Part shown: positions 1 through 9,532 of the stretch, one piece after another | Layout: each line of letters opens with the position of its first letter | Position numbering within the stretch: position 1 is the stretch's first letter | From: Methylophilaceae bacterium | Lineage (GTDB): Bacteria; Pseudomonadota; Gammaproteobacteria; Burkholderiales; Methylophilaceae | Length of the DNA stretch: 64,000 nucleotides | Assembly: GCA_947451235.1 (NCBI GenBank) | Contig: CANFZA010000001.1 | Span: 8,991 to 72,990, forward strand | Reading direction: 5' to 3' | Notes under the pieces: generated by a model | The model's database searches: none | What the model saw: the letters and a program-made list of their open reading frames with translations, nothing else | What the model was told of the DNA's origin: nothing | Program-made: the position numbers and the translations under genes

Positions 1-372
1 TTTTATCGTGATGACTATGAACAGCGCGGTTTAAAAGCAGAGAATCGCCCTAGCCAGATTCCTTTTGATGTTGAAAATAAGCATATTATTTTAATTGATG
101 ATGTGTTTTATACTGGTCGCACGACACGCGCCGCCATGAACGAGTTGTTTGATTATGGGCGACCTGCCAGCATTACTTTAGTAGCGCTAGTTAATCGCGG
201 CGGTCGCGAACTGCCAATTGCTCCGCAAATTACTGCAGCCGATATTGCATTAGATGCCGCACAAAATTTGCAGTTATCAAAAAACGCAGCCGGTAATTTG
301 AGCCTAACACTTCAACCTAGCAAGCCTAGCCAAGGCGCTACAGACAACACAGCAGGTAAAACTCCAGTATGA
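1..372 (+). CDS. pyrR: PyrR pyrimidine operon regulator / uracil phosphoribosyltransferase (5' end cut by window edge)
   Basis: Frame 1 open from nt 1; PRPP-binding loop [17 protein letters not shown]; ATGA overlap with pyrB start. Confidence 0.8.
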   Translation, partial: FYRDDYEQRGLKAENRPSQIPFDVENKHIILIDDVFYTGRTTRAAMNELFDYGRPASITLVALVNRGGRELPIAPQITAADIALDAAQNLQLSKNAAGNLSLTLQPSKPSQGATDNTAGKTPV

Positions 373-1319
373 ATAACCCACAATTAGATGCTGACGGCCG
401 TTTACGACACCTACTCTCGATTGAAGGTTTACCCAAAAGAATATTGAATCAAATTTTAGACACCGCAGAATCGTTTGTGGGCGTTGCCGAGCGCGAAGTT
501 AAAAAAGTACCTTTGTTACGCGGCAAAACCGTGTGTAACTTGTTTTTTGAAAACAGCACTCGCACCCGCACTACTTTTGAAATTGCCGCCAAACGCTTAT
601 CTGCCGATGTGATTAGTTTAAATGTGAATACCTCATCGCAATCTAAAGGCGAAACCATTTTAGATACGGTGGATAACTTAATTGCCATGCATGCCGATAT
701 GTTTGTGGTGCGCCACGCTCAATCTGGCGCGGCACATTTTATTGCCAAACATGTGCCTGATCATATTCATGTGATTAACGCGGGTGATGGTCGCCATTCG
801 CACCCTACCCAAGGCTTGCTGGATACTTTTACTATCCGTAAATACAAACCAGATTTGCATAATTTAAGAGTGGCGATAGTCGGCGATGTTTTACATTCGC
901 GCGTAGCCAGATCTGAAATCCACGCGCTAACCACCCTTGGTGTGCCAGAAGTTCGCGTGATAGCGCCTAAAACATTATTACCCGCGCAAGTAGAAAAATT
1001 AGGCGTGCATGTGTATCACGACATGAAAGCCGGCTTGAAAGATGTTGATGTGGTGATGATGTTGCGCCTGCAAAACGAGCGTATGAATGGCGCGATGTTG
1101 CCTAGCGCCCAAGAATATTTTAAAACGTATGGCTTAACGCAAGAAAAATTGAGTTTGGCAAAACCTGATGCGATTGTATTGCACCCAGGCCCGATGAACC
1201 GTGGCGTAGAAATTGATTCTAGCGTTGCCGATGGCAGTCAATCGGTGATTCTGCCACAAGTCACTTACGGCATTGCCGTGCGCATGGCGGTGATGGCGAT
1301 ATTGGCTGGGGGCGGCTAA
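369..1319 (+). CDS. pyrB: Aspartate carbamoyltransferase catalytic subunit
   Basis: Motifs [32 protein letters not shown]; 316 aa; follows pyrR. Confidence 0.95.
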   Translation: MNNPQLDADGRLRHLLSIEGLPKRILNQILDTAESFVGVAEREVKKVPLLRGKTVCNLFFENSTRTRTTFEIAAKRLSADVISLNVNTSSQSKGETILDTVDNLIAMHADMFVVRHAQSGAAHFIAKHVPDHIHVINAGDGRHSHPTQGLLDTFTIRKYKPDLHNLRVAIVGDVLHSRVARSEIHALTTLGVPEVRVIAPKTLLPAQVEKLGVHVYHDMKAGLKDVDVVMMLRLQNERMNGAMLPSAQEYFKTYGLTQEKLSLAKPDAIVLHPGPMNRGVEIDSSVADGSQSVILPQVTYGIAVRMAVMAILAGGG

Positions 1320-1381
1320 TTGACTAGCCAATCCAAACCTAAAAATTTTCCGTCTAGCCATCAAAACTCTGGAATATCCGC

Positions 1382-2659
1382 ATGAAAATCCACATTAAAA
1401 ATGGTCGCGTCATTGACCCGGCAAACAATATTGACCGTAATCTAGATTTATATATTGCGGCCGGTAAAATCGTCGCTTTAGGTCATGCGCCAGAAGGCTT
1501 TATTGCCAATCAAATTATAGATGCCAGCGGTTTAATTGTTTGCCCAGGCTTGGTCGATTTATCTGCCAGACTGCGCGAACCGGGCGAAGAATATAAAGCG
1601 ACTTTAGTGAGCGAATTACAAGCTGCCGTTGCTGGCGGCATCACCAGCCTTGCTTGTCAGCCAGATACAGATCCTGTGCTAGACGAACCGGGCTTAGTGG
1701 AAATGCTGAAACATCGCGCAAAGCAGCTCAACCTTGCACACGTTTATCCATTGGGCGCATTAACACGCCAACTGCAGGGAAAAGTACTGTCTGAAATGGG
1801 CGAATTACGCGAGGCCGGTTGCGTAGGCTTCTCGCAAGCCAATATTGCGATTACTGACACGCAAGTATTATGGCGCGCGATGGAATATGCGGCGACTTTT
1901 GGCTTTACTTTGTTTCTGCATGCTGAAGAACCATTTTTGGCGAAAGACGGTGTAGCGCACGATGGTGAAATTGCCAGCCGCTTAGGCCTAAAAGGCATTC
2001 CAAGTGCGGCTGAAGCATTGGCACTTGCCAGCATACTTCGCATCGCCAAAGAAACCTGTGCACGTGTCCACATTAGCCGTTTATCGACTGCTGAAGGCGT
2101 GGAAATGATACGCGAAGCAAAAGAACATAACGCTAATATTAGCTGCGATGTCAGCGCCAATCACTTGCATCTGACTGAGCATGATATTGGGTTTTTTGAT
2201 TCAAATTGCCATTTAAAACCACCTTTGCGCACGCAGCGAGACAAAGAAGCCTTAAGTGCAGGCCTAAAAGATGGCACCATAGATGCTATTTGCTCAGACC
2301 ATACGCCTGTTGATGATGATGCTAAGTTAGCACCTTTCGCAGAAGCTGAAATCGGCGCAACCGGCTTGGAATTACTACTGGCGCTCACGTTAAAATGGGC
2401 CCAACAAGAAAAAGTTGATTTACTAGCGGCAATGGCTTTAGTCAGCCAGTCTTCAGCGAAAATTTTAGGCATTCCGGCGGGTAACTTAAGCGCTAATAGC
2501 GATGCAGATATTTGTATTTTTGATGCAAACGAATATTGGAAAATCAGCCCAAGCGCACTAAAAAGCCAAGGTAAAAATACGCCATTTAATGGCTTAGAAA
2601 TGGCCGGTAAAGTTAAATTTACCTTGGTACATGGCCAAGTGGTTTTTAAAAGCGAGTAA
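1382..2659 (+). CDS. Dihydroorotase-like protein, probably the non-catalytic PyrC' partner of ATCase
   Basis: 425 aa amidohydrolase fold (LHAEE, ICSDHTP); the expected DxHxH dyad reads VDLSARLREPG; sits directly after pyrB. Confidence 0.8.
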   Translation: MKIHIKNGRVIDPANNIDRNLDLYIAAGKIVALGHAPEGFIANQIIDASGLIVCPGLVDLSARLREPGEEYKATLVSELQAAVAGGITSLACQPDTDPVLDEPGLVEMLKHRAKQLNLAHVYPLGALTRQLQGKVLSEMGELREAGCVGFSQANIAITDTQVLWRAMEYAATFGFTLFLHAEEPFLAKDGVAHDGEIASRLGLKGIPSAAEALALASILRIAKETCARVHISRLSTAEGVEMIREAKEHNANISCDVSANHLHLTEHDIGFFDSNCHLKPPLRTQRDKEALSAGLKDGTIDAICSDHTPVDDDAKLAPFAEAEIGATGLELLLALTLKWAQQEKVDLLAAMALVSQSSAKILGIPAGNLSANSDADICIFDANEYWKISPSALKSQGKNTPFNGLEMAGKVKFTLVHGQVVFKSE

Positions 2660-2737
2660 GCTTAAAGCACGTTTGGGAAAAGTACTTTCAAAAAAGGCTT
2701 ATGCCAAATTTTTTGGCTGAAGCATCAATATTGCAAT

Positions 2738-2763
2738 ACGCCTCGGCCTAAAAGCCGAGGCGT
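2738..2763. terminator. Hairpin between convergent pyrC' and pilU
   Basis: acgcctcggc-ctaaaa-gccgaggcgt, perfect 10-bp GC-rich stem; no strong T-run. Confidence 0.5.
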
Positions 2764-2774
2764 ATCGGCAAACA

Positions 2775-3911
2775 CTAAACTATTCCTAAATTATCCAAGC
2801 CTGCAGACACATCTTTGTTATGCGTCGCTTTACCATCTAATTTAATTTTCAAGCGTACATCATTCACAGAGTCGGCAAACCTTAGCGCATCTTCGTAGCT
2901 AATCACATCCGCCTCATGCAGATCAAACAATGACTGATCAAAAGTTTGCATGCCTAGCTCACGAGATTTAGCAATAATCGATTTAATCTCATGCACGTCA
3001 CCTTTAAAAATCAAATCTGAGATCAATGGCGAGTTCAGCATAATTTCGATGGCGGCGGCGCGACCTTTACCTTCTTTTCTAGGAATAAGACGCTGCGATA
3101 CAAAAGCGCGCGTATTGAGCGACAAATCCATGAGCAACTGATGGCGGCGCTCTTCAGGGAAAAAGTTAATGATGCGATCTAAGGCTTGATTGGTACTGTT
3201 GGCATGCAATGTTGCCAAGCATAAGTGGCCAGTTTCAGCAAAGGCGATGGCATAGTCCATCGTTTCACGATCTCGTATTTCACCAATCATAATCACATCT
3301 GGCGCTTGGCGTAAGGTGTTTTTCAAGGCGATTTGCCAACTATCGGTATCAACGCCAATTTCGCGTTGAGTAATAATGCAGTTGTTATGTTCATGCACAA
3401 ACTCAACCGGGTCTTCAATAGTAATAATGTGGCCGTAACTATTCTTATTACGATAACCGACCATAGCCGCGAGTGATGTAGATTTACCTGAACCAGTACC
3501 GCCGACGAAAATCACCAAGCCCCGCTTAGTCATGGCAATGTCTTTTAATACATCGGGCAATCCAAGCTCTTCAAAATCTGGAATTTTAGTGGTGATAGTT
3601 CTGAACACTAAACCGACTGAACCGCGCTGAACGAAGGCATTGACACGAAAACGCGCCACACTGGGCAGGCCAATCGCAAAATTACATTCGTTTGTGGCAT
3701 CAAACTCAGCGCTTTGCTTATCATTCATGATGGCGCGTGAAATTTCACGTGCTTGTTGTGCAGACAATACTTGGCTACTCACTGGCGTTAGCTTGCCATC
3801 GATCTTCATGGCAGGTGGAAAATCAGCCGTAATGAATAAGTCCGAGGCTTTCTTTGCCAACATCAACCGTAATAAATCAAAAACAAACTTTTCTGCCTGA
3901 CCTTTTTCCAT
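2775..3911 (-). CDS. pilU: Type IV pilus retraction-family ATPase PilU
   Basis: Walker A GGTGSGKST, GEIRDRET, His box TGHLCLATLHAN; lacks the PilT AIRNLIRE motif; downstream of pilT. Confidence 0.85.
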   Translation of the reverse strand: MEKGQAEKFVFDLLRLMLAKKASDLFITADFPPAMKIDGKLTPVSSQVLSAQQAREISRAIMNDKQSAEFDATNECNFAIGLPSVARFRVNAFVQRGSVGLVFRTITTKIPDFEELGLPDVLKDIAMTKRGLVIFVGGTGSGKSTSLAAMVGYRNKNSYGHIITIEDPVEFVHEHNNCIITQREIGVDTDSWQIALKNTLRQAPDVIMIGEIRDRETMDYAIAFAETGHLCLATLHANSTNQALDRIINFFPEERRHQLLMDLSLNTRAFVSQRLIPRKEGKGRAAAIEIMLNSPLISDLIFKGDVHEIKSIIAKSRELGMQTFDQSLFDLHEADVISYEDALRFADSVNDVRLKIKLDGKATHNKDVSAGLDNLGIV

Positions 3912-3968
3912 GCCTAATCCTTAATTTGGTACATTGCCGCTAATTTTTTAACTAAAATACATCTCCAG

Positions 3969-5012
3969 TTAGCCAACAATATTATCTTTATTCGCCGCTT
4001 TACTGCGCGCCTCATTAGCCGAAATAACGTTACGTTTGACCAAATCTTGTAGATTCTGATCTAGTGTTTGCATACCCACATTTTGCCCGGTCTGAATGGC
4101 AGAATACATTTGCGGAATTTTGGATTCGCGGATCAAGTTACGAATAGCTGGTGTACCAATCATGATTTCATGTGCGGCAACACGCCCCTGCTCATCTTTC
4201 GTTTTGCACAAAGTTTGTGAAATAACCGCACGTAAAGATTCAGACAACATAGAACGCACCATTTCTTTTTCAGCGGCTGGAAACACATCAATAATACGAT
4301 CGATTGTTTTAGCCGCCGAACTCGTGTGCAAAGTACCAAACACCATGTGGCCGGTTTCTGCTGCGGTTAGCGCTAGGCGTATCGTCTCAAGGTCACGCAA
4401 TTCACCGACTAAAATCACATCGGGATCTTCACGCAAGGCTGAGCGCAACGCGTTATTGAATGAAAGCGTATGCGGACCTACTTCACGTTGATTAATTAGG
4501 CATTTTTTGGAAGTATGGACAAACTCAATCGGATCTTCGACGGTCAGAATATGGCCGAATTCTTTATCGTTAATATAATCTATCATTGCCGCTAACGTGG
4601 TTGATTTACCTGAACCCGTTGGACCAGTCACCAAGCAAAGTCCACGTGGAGTATCGGCAATATCTTTAAAAATGGCTGGGCAGTTTAATTGTTCTAAGGT
4701 CAATATTTTTGACGGAATAGTACGAAATACCGCACCTGAGCCCCGCTGGTGATTGAAGGCATTGACCCGGAAACGTGCCAAATTAGGAATCTCAAAAGAG
4801 AAGTCACACTCTAAAGTCTCTTCATACACTTTACGTTGACCGTCACTCATAATGTCATACACCATATCATGCACTTCGCTATGGCTTAAAGAGGGTACGT
4901 TGATTTTTCGAATATCACCGTGCACGCGAATCATCGGTGGCAAACCGGCTGAAAGATGTAAATCTGAGGCTTTATTTTTAACTGAAAATGCGAGTAAATC
5001 TGAAATGTCCAA
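3969..5012 (-). CDS. pilT: Type IV pilus twitching motility ATPase PilT
   Basis: GPTGSGKSTT, GELRDLET, TGHMVFGTLHTSSA and the PilT signature AIRNLIRE; 347 aa. Confidence 0.95.
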   Translation of the reverse strand: MDISDLLAFSVKNKASDLHLSAGLPPMIRVHGDIRKINVPSLSHSEVHDMVYDIMSDGQRKVYEETLECDFSFEIPNLARFRVNAFNHQRGSGAVFRTIPSKILTLEQLNCPAIFKDIADTPRGLCLVTGPTGSGKSTTLAAMIDYINDKEFGHILTVEDPIEFVHTSKKCLINQREVGPHTLSFNNALRSALREDPDVILVGELRDLETIRLALTAAETGHMVFGTLHTSSAAKTIDRIIDVFPAAEKEMVRSMLSESLRAVISQTLCKTKDEQGRVAAHEIMIGTPAIRNLIRESKIPQMYSAIQTGQNVGMQTLDQNLQDLVKRNVISANEARSKAANKDNIVG

Positions 5013-5159
5013 AGCATGCTCCTGCTATAATTTACAAAAATGTCGCTTACGCGCTATTCCAACATTTGGCACTATGCTATATGTTAATTCAAGAACATAA
5101 TATTTTGATATTAACTATCATTATATTAAATGAAAACGTTAAATTAAGTTTAGTGAATT

Positions 5160-5852
5160 ATGTCCACAATTAGCCATCGCTTGCAAGATATTCTAGCTAC
5201 CATTCAAGCAACAAAGGCGGCTACGCACTGTTCACAAACGGTCAATCTGCTTGCCGTGAGCAAAACTCAAAAAGTGCAAGCCGTGCGTGAAGCTTATGCC
5301 GCAGGCCAAAGCATGTTTGGAGAAAACTATCTGCAAGAAGCCTTAGAAAAACAGGCTGAACTCACGGACTTGCCAATTGAATGGCATTTTATAGGACCGA
5401 TACAGAGCAATAAAACACAGTTGATTGCACAAAACTTTGCTTGGGTACATAGTGTGGATAGGCTAAAAATAGCACAGCGCTTAAATGATGCGCGTCTAGA
5501 AAGCCTACCGCCGTTGCAAGTATGCCTGCAAGTCAATGTGAGTAATGAAGAAAGTAAAAGTGGCGTCTCACAACTTGAGCTAGAAGCGCTCGCCACTGCA
5601 ATTGATAATCTGCCACGTTTGAAACTACGAGGTCTAATGGCAATTCCTGCGCCTACTAATGACAAGAATAAGCAGCGTATACAATTCAAACAAGTTCGAG
5701 AATGTTATGATGCCTTGTTGGCTAAGGGCTTTGCGCTAGATACGTTATCAATAGGCATGTCAGACGATTACCCAATAGCCATTGAACAAGGCGCGACTAT
5801 CGTGCGTATAGGTTCGGCTTTGTTTGGGGCAAGGCCAAGCACAAGGCTTTAG
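5160..5852 (+). CDS. yggS: YggS-family pyridoxal-phosphate homeostasis protein
   Basis: AVSKTQ (PLP lysine) and FGENYLQEA motifs; classical position divergent from pilT and upstream of proC. Confidence 0.9.
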   Translation: MSTISHRLQDILATIQATKAATHCSQTVNLLAVSKTQKVQAVREAYAAGQSMFGENYLQEALEKQAELTDLPIEWHFIGPIQSNKTQLIAQNFAWVHSVDRLKIAQRLNDARLESLPPLQVCLQVNVSNEESKSGVSQLELEALATAIDNLPRLKLRGLMAIPAPTNDKNKQRIQFKQVRECYDALLAKGFALDTLSIGMSDDYPIAIEQGATIVRIGSALFGARPSTRL

Positions 5853-5931
5853 TGCAATACATAAAAAATATAAAGATTTCAAGCGGCGTATTTTTAGCGT
5901 CGTTTAATATTACAGATAGGACTATCAGAAA

Positions 5932-6738
5932 ATGAATATTAGCTTTATTGGTGGCGGCAACATGGCTAAAGCCATTATCGGCGGCTTAAAAAACAATGGT
6001 TTTAATCCATCAGCGATTAAAGTAATTGAGCTGGATGCCGAAAAATGCATACAACTTAGTGCTGATTTTAATGTGCAAACAAGTGCAGACTACAGCGCCG
6101 TGAGCGACGCCAACGTCATTATTCTGGCAGTTAAGCCACAGCAATTACGTGAAGTTTGTAAGCAGTTACAACCATTATTAAACACTCAACTGGTTATTTC
6201 GATTGCCGCCGGCATTAGAAGCGCAGACATTTCACGCTGGTTAGATGGCTATAAATCCGTCGTCCGCGTGATGCCGAACACGCCAGCACAGATTCAAGCG
6301 GGGGTTTCAGCACTTTATGCCGATGCCAACATAAGCGAAGTACAACGCGACCAAGCGACCACTATTATGGCCGCTGTAGGCAAAACACTTTGGCTAGATG
6401 ATGAGACTAAAATGGACGCAGTGACCGCAATATCCGGCAGTGGCCCAGCTTATGTTTTTTATCTGATTGAAGCGCTGCAAGAAGCCGCGCTAAGCCTAGG
6501 CCTTAAGGCTGAAGATGCAAGGATGTTAGCTTTGCAAACCTTTGCTGGCGCAAGCTTATTGGCCGTGCAAAGCGAGGAAGATATCCAAACGCTACGTGCG
6601 CAAGTCACCTCAAAAGGCGGCACAACTGAACAAGGCATTTTAGCTTTAGAGGCTGCTAATGTAAAATGCGCCATGATGAATGCCGCTAAAGCTGCCGCTG
6701 AAAAATCAGCCATGCTTGGCGACCAACTGGGTGCTTAA
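5932..6738 (+). CDS. proC: Pyrroline-5-carboxylate reductase
   Basis: N-terminal FIGGGNMAKAIIGG dinucleotide fold, C-terminal TSKGGTTEQG. Confidence 0.95.
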   Translation: MNISFIGGGNMAKAIIGGLKNNGFNPSAIKVIELDAEKCIQLSADFNVQTSADYSAVSDANVIILAVKPQQLREVCKQLQPLLNTQLVISIAAGIRSADISRWLDGYKSVVRVMPNTPAQIQAGVSALYADANISEVQRDQATTIMAAVGKTLWLDDETKMDAVTAISGSGPAYVFYLIEALQEAALSLGLKAEDARMLALQTFAGASLLAVQSEEDIQTLRAQVTSKGGTTEQGILALEAANVKCAMMNAAKAAAEKSAMLGDQLGA

Positions 6739-6866
6739 TTTGGCTTTAAACTGAGTTAATAAGATGGTTAAATCGTTTCTAAGACCGTAAAAAAGACCGT
6801 GAAATAAAGCAGTGAAATAAGACCGTTAAAATACAGTCATGATTAAATTTGGGTGGAATGATTACT

Positions 6867-7463
6867 ATGCTAGTTAAAGCAATTACGTTTTTATTAGAGT
6901 CTGTACTGGGACTATTAACGCTAGCATTTTTGCTACGTTTTTATTTCCAACTCACAAAAGTTTCCTTCCAAAATCAGGCGGCACAAGCAATTGTCACACT
7001 CACTAATTTTGCTGTAAAACCCATGCGCAGACTGACCATGAGCCTAGGCAATTTAGGCATACCAAAAATAGACGTTTCGACATTATTGCTTGCTTACATC
7101 ACACAATTTATTCTAAAAGTTTCTACCTTATGGCTGAGTGAATTCCCACTACTCATTGCAGGCAATGGCATTTGGCCGGCTATTTTATTAGTCACCTTCA
7201 TTAGCATCATCAATCTCAGCATCACCATTTTTTTATACGCAGTGCTTATACAAGCGGTGTTGAGCTGGGTTAATCCACACACGCCTATCGCGCCAATTTT
7301 AAATAAGCTTACAGACCCTATATTGCGTTTATTTAGAAAGATTATCCCCTTAGCGGGCAATATAGACTTAAGCCCACTGGCTTTTATTCTTATGGCACAA
7401 CTATTACTGACTACCATATTAATTCCTTTGGAAAACAACTTATTAACTACTTTAGTCAAATAA
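6867..7463 (+). CDS. yggT: YggT-family integral membrane protein
   Basis: Multi-TM protein with LSWVNP motif; ORF opens at TTG 6849 but ATG 6867 has GGTGGA 9 nt upstream; yggS-proC-yggT order. Confidence 0.8.
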   Translation: MLVKAITFLLESVLGLLTLAFLLRFYFQLTKVSFQNQAAQAIVTLTNFAVKPMRRLTMSLGNLGIPKIDVSTLLLAYITQFILKVSTLWLSEFPLLIAGNGIWPAILLVTFISIINLSITIFLYAVLIQAVLSWVNPHTPIAPILNKLTDPILRLFRKIIPLAGNIDLSPLAFILMAQLLLTTILIPLENNLLTTLVK

Positions 7464-7477
7464 GATAGAATGAAACC

Positions 7478-9463
7478 ATGAGCACTGAATCTTCTGAGAG
7501 CAACACCACTGAACATACCCTTGTGGCCTCTAGCTTAGGCACAAAAATCACGGAGTATAGTGCCTGGCGTGAAAATCTGACCGCGACCATAGATGAATAT
7601 CTAGACTGGATTAGCCAAACAGAATCTTTGGATGCGATACAAGAACTGCGCCTCTACGACATAAAAGAGATTCTAAAAAAAGACCAATTAATCATGGCTT
7701 TTTTAGCGGAATTCTCTAGAGGCAAAACTGAAACCATCAATGCACTATTTTTCTCTGACTTTAATCAGCGTCTTTTACCCAGCGAGCCTGGTCGCACCAC
7801 AATGTGCCCAACAGAAATATTTTGGGATGCTAATGAAGAACCGTGCATTAAACTGCTTCCGATAGAAACGAGAAAGACCGACGACTCGCTTACTTATCTT
7901 AAAACCACGGCCAATGCTTGGCATAAAATTCGCTTGGATATTTCCGCGCCAAATGAAATGAAGGAAACCTTAAGGGCGCTAGTACAAAAAAGAGAAGTAG
8001 ATTTAGATACAGCAAAATCGCTAGGGTTTTGGAACGAAAATGACCCAACAATGCGAAAATCAATCGCAGAAAAAGGCACGGTTGAGATTCCGCTATGGCG
8101 ACATGCGCTAATCAACTATCCGCACCCCTTACTCAAAAATGGCCTTGTAGTGATTGACACCCCTGGACTTAACACCATGGGTGCCGAACCGGAACTTACC
8201 ATGAGCATTATACCGAATGCTCATGCGGTACTGTTTTTGACCGCTACTGACACAGGCATCACAAAGTCGGATATGCAAATTTGGTCAGAATATGTGCAAA
8301 AAAGGGCTGCTCATAAATTAGTTTTACTGAATAAAATTGATATTTTATGGGATGGACTCGAAACCGAAGAGGAAGTAGAAGCCCTGATTCAACGACAAAT
8401 TAAAAATACGGCACACGAATTAGGCTTAGATGTCAGCAATATTTTTGCCATGTCGGCACAAAAAGCCTTAGTTGCCAAAATCAGAAAAGATGCGGTGCTA
8501 CTTAAACGCAGCGGCATAGGCCTGCTTGAAGATGCACTAGCCAATCAACTGATTAACTCTAAACATGAGATTCTTGGCCGCGCAGTAGTGACAGAATGTG
8601 CAAATATGATGCGTGCATCACGCAAAGTCGCTCACATGCGTACCAGTCAAATTGAAAGCCAGTTAGCGGAACTGCAGGAAATTCAAAACAAAAGTCGAGA
8701 TGTCTCTAAAGAGATTTTAGGCAAAGTAGTTGCTGAGCGTAAGCGCTACGAAGCCTCAGTACTGACTTTTAATCAAGGTAGCGAGAGAATTAAAAGATTG
8801 GGTGAAAATCTTTTGCGCCACCTAAGTTTGGGCTATTTAGACACCACGCTAGAGCAAACCAAGCAAGATATGAGCGACAGCTGGACAACCGTTAGTTTAA
8901 ATAGAAGCATGCGCGCATTAACTAAACTGGCTAACAATCTGGCAGAAGATATTACCCTTGAAGGCGCAGAAATCAAGAGACAGACCGATGAGTTGTATCA
9001 CTTGTTTTGCACCAAGCATGGCTTTGAACAAACAGAGGTAATGCAGCTCAATATGAGCAGTTTTATTCAAAACATGCAGGCGCTAGAAAAGATTACCAAT
9101 GATTTTTGCGCTGATCCTATCAATGTATTGACTGAAAAGCGTTTTTTAATCCGTAAATTCTACCTAGGCTTAGGCGCGCAAATTCATGGCATTTTTGATC
9201 AAGCCCAATCAGATTGTAATGTATGGTTGAATTTTGTCATTGGCGAGTTGCAAGCACAAATCAGTGCGCATAAGAAATCTTTAGACAAGCGCGCAGGATC
9301 GCTAATGGAGTCTCACAACAGCACCGATAAGCTAATTAAGAATCTTGAGCTTACGAAAAAAGATTCCATTAAGCTGACGCATCAATCTAACGAGCTGGAT
9401 GCCATATTGTTAAAACTGATGCATAGCGCAAAGTTTGATACCGAGATTAAAAATATAAACTAG
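7478..9463 (+). CDS. Dynamin-family large GTPase (bacterial dynamin-like protein)
   Basis: G1 AEFSRGKTETINAL, G2 region GRTTMCPTE, G3 VVIDTPGLN, G4 LLNKID; long helical C-terminal half; starts 14 nt after yggT stop. Confidence 0.75.
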   Translation: MSTESSESNTTEHTLVASSLGTKITEYSAWRENLTATIDEYLDWISQTESLDAIQELRLYDIKEILKKDQLIMAFLAEFSRGKTETINALFFSDFNQRLLPSEPGRTTMCPTEIFWDANEEPCIKLLPIETRKTDDSLTYLKTTANAWHKIRLDISAPNEMKETLRALVQKREVDLDTAKSLGFWNENDPTMRKSIAEKGTVEIPLWRHALINYPHPLLKNGLVVIDTPGLNTMGAEPELTMSIIPNAHAVLFLTATDTGITKSDMQIWSEYVQKRAAHKLVLLNKIDILWDGLETEEEVEALIQRQIKNTAHELGLDVSNIFAMSAQKALVAKIRKDAVLLKRSGIGLLEDALANQLINSKHEILGRAVVTECANMMRASRKVAHMRTSQIESQLAELQEIQNKSRDVSKEILGKVVAERKRYEASVLTFNQGSERIKRLGENLLRHLSLGYLDTTLEQTKQDMSDSWTTVSLNRSMRALTKLANNLAEDITLEGAEIKRQTDELYHLFCTKHGFEQTEVMQLNMSSFIQNMQALEKITNDFCADPINVLTEKRFLIRKFYLGLGAQIHGIFDQAQSDCNVWLNFVIGELQAQISAHKKSLDKRAGSLMESHNSTDKLIKNLELTKKDSIKLTHQSNELDAILLKLMHSAKFDTEIKNIN

Positions 9464-9532
9464 CTTACGCTATCAAAAAAAAGCAAACGTTTGTTTATTT
9501 TCTCCAGTTTGCTTGCTAGTTTAAACAACACA

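Noticed and set aside
6781-6830. Short direct repeats (aagaccgt x3, gtgaaataa x2) between proC and yggT. Similar small repeats occur at 46849-46895, 50822-50865, 41330-41400 and 18433-18461
   Set aside because: They are 8-17 nt, imperfect and in AT-rich promoter regions. I cannot distinguish them from chance or ordinary promoter architecture without comparative data.
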